Positions 24,801 to 39,800 of a stretch of 64,000 bases of DNA are shown in pieces. Every line of letters starts with the position of its first letter. The first letter of the stretch is position 1. The DNA lies in assembly GCA_964057225.1 (NCBI GenBank), contig OZ059895.1, forward strand, positions 23,976,025-24,040,024, written 5' to 3'. This stretch comes from Auanema rhodensis (Eukaryota > Animalia > Nematoda). A model generated the notes under the pieces. It ran no database searches. It was given only the letters and a program-made list of their open reading frames with translations, and was not told where the DNA came from. Position numbers and translations under genes: made by a program.

Positions 24801-27800
24801 CTTCACGTGAAAGATGAAGAGATGCGGTTTTCACAATTAGATTCCCCATGTCCATATTAGTCTAAAAACAAATTTTTATTGATATTGGTGCATGGTAACC
24901 ATGACTTTGAATTTTACGTGAACTTTAATTTATGCTAATTAAATGTACACGTGATGTGCACTTGGTATGTAACTCGCTTCACGTAAAAGATAAAGAGATG
25001 CGGTTTTCAAAATTAGATTCCCCATGTCCATATTAGTCTTACGTGAACTTTAATTTATGCTAATTAAATGTACACGTGATGTGCACTTGGTATGTAACTC
25101 GCTTCACGTGAAAGATAAAGAGATGCGGTTTTCAAAATTAGATTCCCCATGTCCATATTAGTCTAAAAACAAATTTTTATTGATATTGGTGCATGGTAAC
25201 CATGACTTTGAATTTTACGTGAACTTTAATTTATGCTAATTAAATGTACACGTGATGTGCACTTGGTATGTAACTCGCTTCACGTGAAAGATAAAGAGAT
25301 GCGGTTTTCAAAATTAGATTCCCCATGTCCATATTAGTCTAAAAACAAATTTTTATTGATATTGCTTCATGGTAACCATGACTTTGAAATTTACGTGAAC
25401 TTTAATTTATGCTAATTAAATGTACACGTGATGTGCACTTGGTATGTAACTCGCTTCACGTGAAAGATAAAGAGATGCGGTTTTCAAAATTAGATTCCCC
25501 ATGTCCATATTAGTCTAAAAACAAATTTTTATTGATATTGGTGCATGGTAACCATGACTTTGAATTTTACGTGAACTTTAATTTATGCTAATTAAATGTA
25601 CACGTGATGTGCACTTGGTATGTAACTCGCTTCACGTGAAAGATAAAGAGATGCGGTTTTCAAAATTAGATTCCCCATGTCCATATTAGTCTAAAAACAA
25701 ATTTTTATTGATATTGCTTCATGGTAACCATGACTTTGAAATTTACGTGAACTTTAATTTATGCTAATTAAATGTACACGTGATGTGCACTTGGTATGTA
25801 ACTCGCTTCACGTGAAAGATAAAGAAATGCGGTTTTCAAAATTAGATTCCCCATGTCCATATTAGTCTAAAAACAAATTTTTATTGATATTGGTTCATGG
25901 TAACCATGACTTTGAAATTTACGTGAACTTTAATTTATGCTAATTAAATGTACACGTGATGTGCACTTGGTATGTAACTCGCTTCACGTAAAAGATAAAG
26001 AGATGCGGTTTTCAAAATTAGATTCCCCATGTCCATATTAGTCTAAAAACAAATTTTTATTGATATTGGTGCATGGTAACCATGACTTTGAATTTTACGT
26101 GAACTTTAATTTATGCTAATTAAATGTACACGTGATGTGCACTTGGTATGTAACTCGCTTCACGTGAAAGATAAAGAGATGCGGTTTTCAAAATTAGATT
26201 CCCCATGTCCATATTAGTCTAAAAACAAATTTTTATTGATATTGGTGCATGGTAACTATGACTTTGAAATTTACGTGAACTTTAATTTATGCTAATTAAA
26301 TGTACACGTGATGTGCACTTGGTATGTAACTTGCTTCACGTGAAAGATAAAGAGATGCGGTTTTCAAAATTAGATTCCCCATGTCCATATTAGTCTAAAA
26401 ACAAATTTTTATTGATATTGGTTCATGGTAACCATGACTTTGAAATTTACGTGAACTTTAATTTATGCTAATTAAATGTACACGTGATGTGCACTTGGTA
26501 CGTAACTCGCTTCACGTGAAAGATGAAGAGATGCGGTTTTCAAAATTAGATTCCCCATGTCCATATTAGTCTAAAAACAAATTTTTATTGATATTGGTGC
26601 ATGGTAACCATGACTTTGAAATTTACGTGAACTTTAATTTATGCTAATTAAATGTACACGTGATGTGCACTTGGTATGTAACTCGCTTCACGTGAAAGAT
26701 AAAGAGATGCGGTTTTCAAAATTAGATTCCCTATGTCCATATTAGTCTAAAAACAAATTTTTATTGATATTGGTGCATGGTAACCATGACTTTGAAATTT
26801 ACGTGAACTTCAATTTATGCTAATTAAATGTACACGTGATGTGCACTTGGTATGTAACTCGCTTCACGTAAAAGATAAAGAGATGCGGTTTTCAAAATTA
26901 GATTCCCCATGTCCATATTAGTCTAAAAACAAATTTTTATTGATATTGGTGCATGGTAACCATGACTTTGAATTTTACGTGAACTTTAATTTATGCTAAT
27001 TAAATGTACACGTGATGTGCACTTGGTATGTAACTCGCTTCACGTGAAAGATAAAGAGATGCGGTTTTCAAAATTAGATTCCCCATGTCCATATTAGTCT
27101 AAAAACAAATTTTTATTGATATTGCTTCATGGTAACCATGACTTTGAAATTTACGTGAACTTTAATTTATGCTAATTAAATGTACACGTGATGTGCACTT
27201 GGTATGTAACTCGCTTCACGTAAAAGATAAAGAGATGCGGTTTTCAAAATTAGATTCCCCATGTCCATATTAGTCTAAAAACAAATTTTTATTGATATTG
27301 GTGCATGGTAACCATGACTTTGAATTTTACGTGAACTTTAATTTATGCTAATTAAATGTACACGTGATGTGCACTTGGTATGTAACTCGCTTCACGTAAA
27401 AGATAAAGAGATGCGGTTTTCAAAATTAGATTCCCCATGTCCATATTAGTCTTACGTGAACTTTAATTTATGCTAATTAAATGTACACGTGATGTGCACT
27501 TGGTATGTAACTCGCTTCACGTGAAAGATAAAGAGATGCGGTTTTCAAAATTAGATTCCCCATGTCCATATTAGTCTAAAAACAAATTTTTATTGATATT
27601 GGTGCATGGTAACCATGACTTTGAATTTTACGTGAACTTTAATTTATGCTAATTAAATGTACACGTGATGTGCACTTGGCATGTAACTCGCTTCACGTGA
27701 AAGATAAAGAGATGCGGTTTTCAAAATTAGATTCCCCATGTCCATATTAGTCTAAAAACAAATTTTTATTGATATTGGTTCATGGTAACCATGACTTTGA

Positions 27801-30800
27801 AATTTACGTGAACTTTAATTTATGCTAATTAAATGTACACGTGATGTGCACTTGGTATGTAACTCGCTTCACGTGAAAGATAAAGAGATGCGGTTTTCAA
27901 AATTAGATTCCCCATGTCCATATTAGTCTAAAAACAAACTTTTATTGATATTGGTTCATGGTAACCATGACTTTGAAATTTACGTGAACTTTAATTTATG
28001 CTAATTAAATGTACACGTGATGTGCACTTGGTATGTAACTCGCTTCACGTAAAAGATAAAGAGATGCGGTTTTCAAAATTAGATTCCCCATGTCCATATT
28101 AGTCTAAAAACAAATTTTTATTGATATTGGTGCATGGTAACCATGACTTTGAATTTTACGTGAACTTTAATTTATGCTAATTAAATGTACACGTGATGTG
28201 CACTTGGTATGTAACTCGCTTCACGTGAAAGATAAAGAGATGCGGTTTTCAAAATTAGATTCCCCATGTCCATATTAGTCTAAAAACAAATTTTTATTGA
28301 TATTGGTGCATGGTAACCATGACTTTGAATTTTACGTGAACTTTAATTTATGCTAATTAAATGTACACGTGATGTGCACTTGGTATGTAACTCGCTTCAC
28401 GTAAAAGATAAAGAGATGCGGTTTTCAAAATTAGATTCCCCATGTCCATATTAGTCTTACGTGAACTTTAATTTATGCTAATTAAATGTACACGTGATGT
28501 GCACTTGGTATGTAACTCGCTTCACGTGAAAGATAAAGAGATGCGGTTTTCAAAATTAGATTCCCCATGTCCATATTAGTCTAAAAACAAATTTTTATTG
28601 ATATTGGTGCATGGTAACCATGACTTTGAATTTTACGTGAACTTTAATTTATGCTAATTAAATGTACACGTGATGTGCACTTGGTATGTAACTCGCTTCA
28701 CGTGAAAGATAAAGAGATGCGGTTTTCAAAATTAGATTCCCCATGTCCATATTAGTCTAAAAACAAATTTTTATTGATATTGCTTCATGGTAACCATGAC
28801 TTTGAAATTTACGTGAACTTTAATTTATGCTAATTAAATGTACACGTGATGTGCACTTGGTATGTAACTCGCTTCACGTAAAAGATAAAGAGATGCGGTT
28901 TTCAAAATTAGATTCCCCATGTCCATATTAGTCTAAAAACAAATTTTTATTGATATTGGTGCATGGTAACCATGACTTTGAATTTTACGTGAACTTTAAT
29001 TTATGCTAATTAAATGTACACGTGATGTGCACTTGGTATGTAACTCGCTTCACGTGAAAGATAAAGAGATGCGGTTTTCAAAATTAGATTCCCCATGTCC
29101 ATATTAGTCTAAAAACAAATTTTTATTGATATTGGTGCATGGTAACTATGACTTTGAAATTTACGTGAACTTTAATTTATGCTAATTAAATGTACACGTG
29201 ATGTGCACTTGGTATGTAACTTGCTTCACGTGAAAGATAAAGAGATGCGGTTTTCAAAATTAGATTCCCCATGTCCATATTAGTCTAAAAACAAATTTTT
29301 ATTGATATTGGTTCATGGTAACCATGACTTTGAAATTTACGTGAACTTTAATTTATGCTAATTAAATGTACACGTGATGTGCACTTGGTACGTAACTCGC
29401 TTCACGTGAAAGATGAAGAGATGCGGTTTTCAAAATTAGATTCCCCATGTCCATATTAGTCTAAAAACAAATTTTCATTGATATTGGTGCATGGTAACCA
29501 TGACTTTGAAATTTACGTGAACTTTAATTTATGCTAATTAAATGTACACGTGATGTGCACTTGGTATGTAACTCGCTTCACGTGAAAGATGAAGAGATGC
29601 GGTTTTCAAAATTAGATTCCCCATGTCCATATTAGTCTAAAAACAAATTTTTATTGATATTGGTGCATGGTAACCATGACTTTGAAATTTACGTGAACTT
29701 TAATTTATGCTAATTAAATGTACACGTGATGTGCACTTGGTATGTAACTCGCTTCACGTGAAAGATAAAGAGATGCGGTTTTCAAAATTAGATTCCCCAT
29801 GTCCATATTAGTCTAAAAACAAACTTTTATTGATATTGGTTCATGGTAACCATGACTTTGAAATTTACGTGAACTTTAATTTATGCTAATTAAATGTACA
29901 CGTGATGTGCACTTGGTATGTAACTCGCTTCACGTGAAAGATAAAGAGATGCGGTTTTCACAATTAGATTCCCCATGTCCATATTAGTCTAAAAATAAAT
30001 TTTTATTGATATTGGTTCATGGTAACCATGACTTTGAAATTTACGTGAACTTTAATTTATGCTAATTAAATGTACACATGATGTGCACTTGGTATGTAAC
30101 TCGCTTCACGTGAAAGATAAAGAGATGCGGTTTTCAAAATTAGATTCCCCATGTCCATATTAGTCTAAAAACAAATTTTTATTGATATTGGTGCATGGTA
30201 ACCATGACTTTGAAATTTACGTGAACTTTAATTTATGCTAATTAAATGTACACGTGATGTGCACTTGGTATGTAACTCGCTTCACGTGAAAGATAAAGAG
30301 ATGCGGTTTTCAAAATTAGATTCCCCATGTCCATATTAGTCTAAAAACAAATTTTTATTGATATTGGTGCATGGTAACCATGACTTTGAATTTTACGTGA
30401 ACTTTAATTTATGCTAATTAAATGTACACGTGATGTGCACTTGGTATGTAACTCGCTTCACGTGAAAGATAAAGAGATGCGGTTTTCAAAATTAGATTCC
30501 CCATGTCCATATTAGTCTAAAAACAAATTTTTATTGATATTGGTGCATGGTAACCATGACTTTGAAATTTACGTGAACTTTAATTTATGCTAATTAAATG
30601 TACACGTGATGTGCACTTGGTATGTAACTCGCTTCACGTGAAAGATAAAGAGATGCGGTTTTCAAAATTAGATTCCCCATGTCCATATTAGTCTAAAAAC
30701 AAACTTTTATTGATATTGGTTCATGGTAACCATGACTTTGAAATTTACGTGAACTTTAATTTATGCTAATTAAATGTACACGTGATGTGCACTTGGTACG

Positions 30801-33800
30801 TAACTCGCTTCACGTGAAAGATGAAGAGATGCGGTTTTCAAAATTAGATTCCCCATGTCCATATTAGTCTAAAAACAAATTTTTATTGATATTGGTGCAT
30901 GGTAACCATGACTTTGAAATTTACGTGAACTTTAATTTATGCTAATTAAATGTACACGTGATGTGCACTTGGTATGTAACTCGCTTCACGTAAAAGATAA
31001 AGAGATGCGGTTTTCAAAATTAGATTCCCCATGTCCATATTAGTCTAAAAACAAATTTTTATTGATATTGGTGCATGGTAACCATGACTTTGAATTTTAC
31101 GTGAACTTTAATTTATGCTAATTAAATGTACACGTGATGTGCACTTGGTATGTAACTCGCTTCACGTGAAAGATAAAGAGATGCGGTTTTCAAAATTAGA
31201 TTCCCCATGTCCATATTAGTCTAAAAACAAATTTTTATTGATATTGCTTCATGGTAACCATGACTTTGAAATTTACGTGAACTTTAATTTATGCTAATTA
31301 AATGTACACGTGATGTGCACTTGGTATGTAACTCGCTTCACGTAAAAGATAAAGAGATGCGGTTTTCAAAATTAGATTCCCCATGTCCATATTAGTCTAA
31401 AAACAAATTTTTATTGATATTGGTGCATGGTAACCATGACTTTGAATTTTACGTGAACTTTAATTTATGCTAATTAAATGTACACGTGATGTGCACTTGG
31501 TATGTAACTCGCTTCACGTGAAAGATGAAGAGATGCGGTTTTCAAAATTAGATTCCCCATGTCCATATTAGTCTTACGTGAACTTTAATTTATGCTAATT
31601 AAATGTACACGTGATGTGCACTTGGTATGTAACTCGCTTCACGTGAAAGATAAAGAGATGCGGTTTTCAAAATTAGATTCCCCATGTCCATATTAGTCTA
31701 AAAACAAATTTTTATTGATATTGGTGCATGGTAACTATGACTTTGAAATTTACGTGAACTTTAATTTATGCTAATTAAATGTACACGTGATGTGCACTTG
31801 GTATGTAACTTGCTTCACGTGAAAGATAAAGAGATGCGGTTTTCAAAATTAGATTCCCCATGTCCATATTAGTCTAAAAACAAATTTTTATTGATATTGG
31901 TTCATGGTAACCATGACTTTGAAATTTACGTGAACTTTAATTTATGCTAATTAAATGTACACGTGATGTGCACTTGGTATGTAACTCGCTTCACGTGAAA
32001 GATAAAGAGATGCGGTTTTCAAAATTAGATTCCCCATGTCCATATTAGTCTAAAAACAAATTTTTATTGATATTGGTGCATGGTAACCATGACTTGGAAA
32101 TTTACGTGAACTTTAATTTATGCTAATTAAATGTACACGTGATGTGCACTTGGTATGTAACTCGCTTCACGTGAAAGATAAAGAGATGCGGTTTTCAAAA
32201 TTAGATTCCCCATGTCCATATTAGTCTAAAAACAAATTTTTATTGATATTGGTGCATGGTAACCATGACTTTGAAATTTACGTGAACTTTAATTTATGCT
32301 AATTAAATGTACACGTGATGTGCACTTGGTATGTAACTCGCTTCACGTGAAAGATAAAGAAATGCGGTTTTCAAAATTAGATTCCCCATGTCCATATTAG
32401 TCTAAAAACAAATTTTTATTGATATTGGTTCATGGTAACCATGACTTTGAAATTTACGTGAACTTTAATTTATGCTAATTAAATGTACACGTGATGTGCA
32501 CTTGGTATGTAACTCGCTTCACATAAAAGATAAAGAGATGCGGTTTTCAAAATTAGATTCCCCATGTCCATATTAGTCTAAAAACAAATTTTTATTGATA
32601 TTGGTGCATGGTAACCATGACTTTGAATTTTACGTGAACTTTAATTTATGCTAATTAAATGTACACGTGATGTGCACTTGGTATGTAACTCGCTTCACGT
32701 GAAAGATAAAGAGATGCGGTTTTCAAAATTAGATTCCCCATGTCCATATTAGTCTAAAAACAAATTTTTATTGATATTGGTGCATGGTAACTATGACTTT
32801 GAAATTTACGTGAACTTTAATTTATGCTAATTAAATGTACACGTGATGTGCACTTGGTATGTAACTTGCTTCACGTGAAAGATAAAGAGATGCGGTTTTC
32901 AAAATTAGATTCCCCATGTCCATATTAGTCTAAAAACAAATTTTTATTGATATTGGTTCATGGTAACCATGACTTTGAAATTTACGTGAACTTTAATTTA
33001 TGCTAATTAAATGTACACGTGATGTGCACTTGGTATGTAACTCGCTTCACGTGAAAGATAAAGAGATGCGGTTTTCAAAATTAGATTCCCCATGTCCATA
33101 TTAATCTAAAAACAAATTTTTATTGATATTGGTGCATGGTAACCATGACTTTGAAATTTACGTGAACTTTAATTTATGCTAATTAAATGTACACGTGATG
33201 TGCACTTGGTATGTAACTCGCTTCACGTGAAAGATAAAGAGATGCGGTTTTCAAAATTAGATTCCCCATGTCCATATTAGTCTAAAAACAAACTTTTATT
33301 GATATTGGTTCATGGTAACCATGACTTTGAAATTTACGTGAACTTTAATTTATGCTAATTAAATGTACACGTGATGTGCACTTGGTATGTAACTCGCTTC
33401 ACGTGAAAGATAAAGAGATGCGGTTTTCACAATTAGATTCCCCATGTCCATATTAGTCTAAAAACAAATTTTTATTGATATTGGTTCATGGTAACCATGA
33501 CTTTGAAATTTACGTGAACTTTAATTTATGCTAATTAAATGTACACGTGATGTGCACTTGGTATGTAACTCGCTTCACGTAAAAGATAAAGAGATGCGGT
33601 TTTCAAAATTAGATTCCCCATGTCCATATTAGTCTAAAAACAAATTTTTATTGATATTGGTGCATGGTAACCATGACTTTGAATTTTACGTGAACTTTAA
33701 TTTATGCTAATTAAATGTACACGTGATGTGCACTTGGTATGTAACTCGCTTCACGTGAAAGATAAAGAGATGCGGTTTTCAAAATTAGATTCCCCATGTC

Positions 33801-36800
33801 CATATTAGTCTAAAAACAAATTTTTATTGATATTGGTTCATGGTAACCATGACTTTGAAATTTACGTGAACTTTAATTTATGCTAATTAAATGTACACGT
33901 GATGTGCACTTGGTATGTAACTCGCTTCACGTAAAAGATAAAGAGATGCGGTTTTCAAAATTAGATTCCCCATGTCCATATTAGTCTAAAAACAAATTTT
34001 TATTGATATTGGTGCATGGTAACCATGACTTTGAATTTTACGTGAACTTTAATTTATGCTAATTAAATGTACACGTGATGTGCACTTGGTATGTAACTCG
34101 CTTCACGTGAAAGATAAAGAGATGCGGTTTTCAAAATCAGATTCCCCATGTCTATATTAGTCTAAAAACAAATTTTTATTGATATTGGTTCATGGTAACC
34201 ATGACTTTGAAATTTACGTGAACTTTAATTTATGCTAATTAAATGTACACGTGATGTGCACTTGGTATGTAACTCGCTTCACGTAAAAGATAAAGAGATG
34301 CGGTTTTCAAAATTAGATTCCCCATGTCCATATTAGTCTAAAAACAAATTTTTATTGATATTGGTGCATGGTAACCATGACTTTGAATTTTACGTGAACT
34401 TTAATTTATGCTAATTAAATGTACACGTGATGTGCACTTGGTATGTAACTCGCTTCACGTAAAAGATAAAGAGATGCGGTTTTCAAAATTAGATTCCCCA
34501 TGTCCATATTAGTCTAAAAACAAATTTTTATTGATATTGGTGCATGGTAACCATGACTTTGAAATTTACGTGAACTTTAATTTATGCTAATTAAATGTAC
34601 ACGTGATGTGCACTTGGTATGTAACTCGCTTCACGTGAAAGATAAAGAGATGCGGTTTTCAAAATTAGATTCCCCATGTCCATATTAGTCTGAAAACAAA
34701 TTTTTATTGATATTGGTGCATGGTAACCATGACTTTGAAATTTACGTGAACTTTAATTTATGCTAATTAAATGTACACGTGATGTGCACTTGGTATGTAA
34801 CTCGCTTCACATGAAAGATAAAGAGATGCGGTTTTCAAAATTAGATTCCCCATGTCCATATTAGTCTAAAAACAAATTTTTATTGATATTGGTGCATGGT
34901 AACCATGACTTTGAATTTTACGTGAACTTTAATTTATGCTAATTAAATGTACACGTGATGTGCACTTGGTATGTAACTCGCTTCACGTGAAAGATAAAGA
35001 GATGCGGTTTTCAAAATTAGATTTCCCATGTCCATATTAGTCTAAAAACAAATTTTTATTGATATTGGTTCATGGTAACCATGACTTTGAAATTTACGTG
35101 AACTTTAATTTATGCTAATTAAATGTACACGTGATGTGCACTTGGTATGTAACTCGCTTCACGTGAAAGATAAAGAGATGCGGTTTTCAAAATTAGATTC
35201 CCCATGTCCATATTAGTCTAAAAACATTTTTTATTGATATTGGTGCATGGTAACCATGACTTTGAAATTTACGTGAACTTTAATTTATGCTAATTAAATG
35301 TACACGTGATGTGCACTTGGTATGTAACTCGCTTCACGTGAAAGATAAAGAGATGCGGTTTTCAAAATTAGATTCCCCATGTCCATATTAGTCTAAAAAC
35401 AAATTTTTATTGATATTGGTGCATGGTAACCATGACTTTGAAATTTACGTGAACTTTAATTTATGCTAATTAAATGTACACGTGATGTGCACTTGGTATG
35501 TAACTCGCTTCACGTGAAAGATAAAGAGATGCGGTTTTCAAAATTATATTCCCCATGTCCATATTAGTCTAAAAACAAATTTTTATTGATATTGGTGCAT
35601 GGTAACCATGACTTTGAATTTTACGTGAACTTTAATTTATGCTAATTAAATGTACACGTGATGTGCACTTGGTATGTAACTCGCTTCACGTAAAAGATAA
35701 AGAGATGCGGTTTTCAAAATTAGATTCCCCATGTCCATATTAGTCTAAAAACAAATTTTTATTGATATTGGTGCATGGTAACCATGACTTTGAAATTTAC
35801 GTGAACTTTAATTTATGCTAATTAAATGTACACGTGATGTGCACTTGGTATGTAACTCGCTTCACGTGAAAGATAAAGAGATGCGGTTTTCAAAATTAGA
35901 TTCCCCATGTCCATATTAGTCTGAAAACAAATTTTTATTGATATTGGTGCATGGTAACCATGACTTTGAAATTTACGTGAACTTTAATTTATGCTAATTA
36001 AATGTACACGTGATGTGCACTTGGTATGTAACTCGCTTCACGTGAAAGATAAAGAGATGCGGTTTTCAAAATTAGATTCCCCATGTCCATATTAGTCTAA
36101 AAACAAATTTTTATTGATATTGGTGCATGGTAACCATGACTTTGAAATTTACGTGAACTTTAATTTATGCTAATTAAATGTACACGTGATGTGCACTTGG
36201 TATGTAACTCGCTTCACGTGAAAGATAAAGAGATGCGGTTTTCAAAATTAGATTCCCCATGTCCATATTAGTCTAAAAACAAATTTTTATTTATATTGGT
36301 GCATGGTAACCATGACTTTGAATTTTACGTGAACTTTAATTTATGCTAATTAAATGTACACGTGATGTGCACTTGGTATGTAACTCGCTTCACGTGAAAG
36401 ATAAAGAGATGCGGTTTTCAAAATTAGATTCCCCATGTCCATATTAGTCTAAAAACAAATTTTTATTGATATTGCTTCATGGTAACCATGACTTTGAAAT
36501 TTACGTGAACTTTAATTTATGCTAATTAAATGTACACGTGATGTGCACTTGGTATGTAACTCGCTTCACGTGAAAGATAAAGAGATGCGGTTTTCAAAAT
36601 TAGATTCCCCATGTCCATATTAGTCTAAAAACAAATTTTTATTGATATTGGTGCATGGTAACCATGACTTTGAAATTTACATGAACTTTAATTTATGCTA
36701 ATTAAATGTACACGTGATGTGCACTTGGTATGTAACTCGCTTCACGTGAAAGATAAAGAGATGCGGTTTTCAAAATTAGATTCCCCATGTCCATATTAGT

Positions 36801-39800
36801 CTGAAAACAAATTTTTATTGATATTGGTGCATGGTAACCATGACTTTGAAATTTACGTGAACTTTAATTTATGCTAATTAAATGTACACGTGATGTGCAC
36901 TTGGTATGTAACTCGCTTCACGTGAAAGATAAAGAGAAGCGGTTTTCAAAATCAGATTCCCCATGTCCATATTAGTCTAAAAACAAATTTTTATTGATAT
37001 TGGTTCATGGTAACCATGACTTTGAAATTTACGTGAACTTTAATTTATGCTAATTAAATGTACACGTGATGTGCACTTGGTATATAACTCGCTTCACGTA
37101 AAAGATAAAGAGATGCGGTTTTCAAAATTAGATTCCCCATGTCCATATTAGTCTAAAAACAAATTTTTATTGATATTGGTGCATGGTAACCATGACTTTG
37201 AATTTTACGTGAACTTTAATTTATGCTAATTAAATGTACACGTGATGTGCACTTGGTATGTAACTCGCTTCACGTAAAAGATAAAGAGATGCGGTTTTCA
37301 AAATTAGATTCCCCATGTCCATATTAGTCTAAAAACAAATTTTTATTGATATTGGTGCATGGTAACCATGACTTTGAAATTTACGTGAACTTTAATTTAT
37401 GCTAATTAAATGTACACGTGATGTGCACTTGGTATGTAACTCGCTTCACGTAAAAGATAAAGAGATGCGGTTTTCAAAATTAGATTCCCCATGTCCATAT
37501 TAGTCCAAAAACAAATTTTTATTGATATTGGTGCATGGTAACCATGACTTTGAATTTTACGTGAACTTTAATTTATGCTAATTAAATGTACACGTGATGT
37601 GCACTTGGTATGTAACTCGCTTCACGTGAAAAATAAAGAGATGCGGTTTTCAAAATTAGATTCCCCATGTCCATATTAGTCTAAAAACAAATTTTTATTG
37701 ATATTGGTGCATGGTAACCATGACTTTGAAATTTACGTGAACTTTAATTTATGCTAATTAAATGTACACGTGATGTGCACTTGGTATGTAACTCGCTTCA
37801 CGTGAAAGATAAAGAGATGCGGTTTTCAAAATTAGATTCCCCATGTCCATATTAGTCTAAAAACAAATTTTTATTGATATTGGTTCATGGTAACCATGAC
37901 TTTGAATTTTACGTGAACTTTAATTTATGCTAATTAAATGTACACGTGATGTGCACTTGGTATGTAACTCGCTTCACGTGAAAGATAAAGAGATGCGGTT
38001 TTCAAAATTAGATTTCCCATGTCCATATTAGTCTAAAAACAAATTTTTATTGATATTGGTTCATGGTAACCATGACTTTGAAATTTACGTGAACTTTAAT
38101 TTATGCTAATTAAATGTACACGTGATGTGCACTTGGTATGTAACTCGCTTCACGTGAAAGATAAAGAGATGCGGTTTTCAAAATTAGATTCCCCATGTCC
38201 ATATTAGTCTAAAAACAAATTTTTATTGATATTGGTGCATGGTAACCATGACTTTGAAATTTACGTGAACTTTAATTTATGCTAATTAAATGTACACGTG
38301 ATGTGCACTTGGTATGTAACTCGCTTCACGTGAAAGATAAAGAGATGCGGTTTCCAAAATTAGATTCCCCATGTCCATATTAGTCTAAAAACAAATTTTT
38401 ATTGATATTGGTGCATGGTAACCATGACTTTGAAATTTACGTGAACTTTAATTTATGCTAATTAAATGTACACGTGATGTGCACTTGGTATGTAACTCGC
38501 TTCACGTGAAAGATAAAGAGATGCGGTTTTCAAAATTAGATTCCCCATGTCCATATTAGTCTAAAAACAAATTTTTATTGATATTGGTGCATGGTAACCA
38601 TGACTTTGAATTTTACGTGAACTTTAATTTATGCTAATTAAATGTACACGTGATGTGCACTTGGTATGTAACTCGCTTCACGTGAAAGATAAAGAGATGC
38701 GGTTTTCAAAATTAGATTCCCCATGTCCATATTAGTCTAAAAACAAATTTTTATTGATATTGGTTCATGGTAACCATGACTTTGAAATTTACGTGAACTT
38801 TAATTTATGCTAATTAAATGTACACGTGATGTGCACTTGGTATGTAACTCGCTTCACGTGAAAGATAAAGAGATGCGGTTTTCAAAATTAGATTCCCCAT
38901 GTCCATATTAGTCTAAAAACAAATTTTTATTGATATTGCTTCATGGTAACCATGACTTTGAAATTTACGTGAACTTTAATTTATGCTAATTAAATGTACA
39001 CGTGATGTGCACTTGGTATGTAACTCGCTTCACGTGAAAGATAAAGAAATGCGGTTTTCAAAATTAGATTCCCCATGTCCATATTAGTCTAAAAACAAAT
39101 TTTTATTGATATTGGTTCATGGTAACCATGACTTTGAAATTTACGTGAACTTTAATTTATGCTAATTAAATGTACACGTGATGTGCACTTGGTATGTAAC
39201 TCGCTTCACGTGTAAGATAAAGAGATGCGGTTTTCAAAATTAGATTCCCCATGTCCATATTAGTCTAAAAACAAATTTTTATTGATATTGGTGCATGGTA
39301 ACCATGACTTTGAAATTTACATGAACTTTAATTTATGCTAATTAAATGTACACGTGATGTGCACTTGGTATGTAACTCGCTTCACGTGAAAGATAAAGAG
39401 ATGCGGTTTTCAAAATTAGATTCCCCATGTCCATATTAGTCTGAAAACAAATTTTTATTGATATTGGTGCATGGTAACCATGACTTTGAAATTTACGTGA
39501 ACTTTAATTTATGCTAATTAAATGTACACGTGATGTGCACTTGGTATGTAACTCGCTTCACGTGAAAGATAAAGAGATGCGGTTTTCAAAATCAGATTCC
39601 CCATGTCCATATTAGTCTAAAAACAAATTTTTATTGATATTGGTTCATGGTAACCATGACTTTGAAATTTACGTGAACTTTAATTTATGCTAATTAAATG
39701 TACACGTGATGTGCACTTGGTATGTAACTCGCTTCACGTAAAAGATAAAGAGATGCGGTTTTCAAAATTAGATTCCCCATGTCCATATTAGTCTAAAAAC

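Larger units (their letters stand above)
8801..31582. repeat. HOR domain marked by ten 125-bp deletion monomers (51-bp deletion of monomer positions ~118-168)
   Basis: The junction TTAGTCTTACGTG begins at 8911, 11500, 13561, 16150, 20031, 22620, 25033, 27446, 28451 and 31568. Spacings are 2589, 2061, 2589, (3881 across the LINE), 2589, 2413, 2413, 1005 and 3117, all equal to n x 176 + 125 except the LINE-containing interval. Confidence 0.93.
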
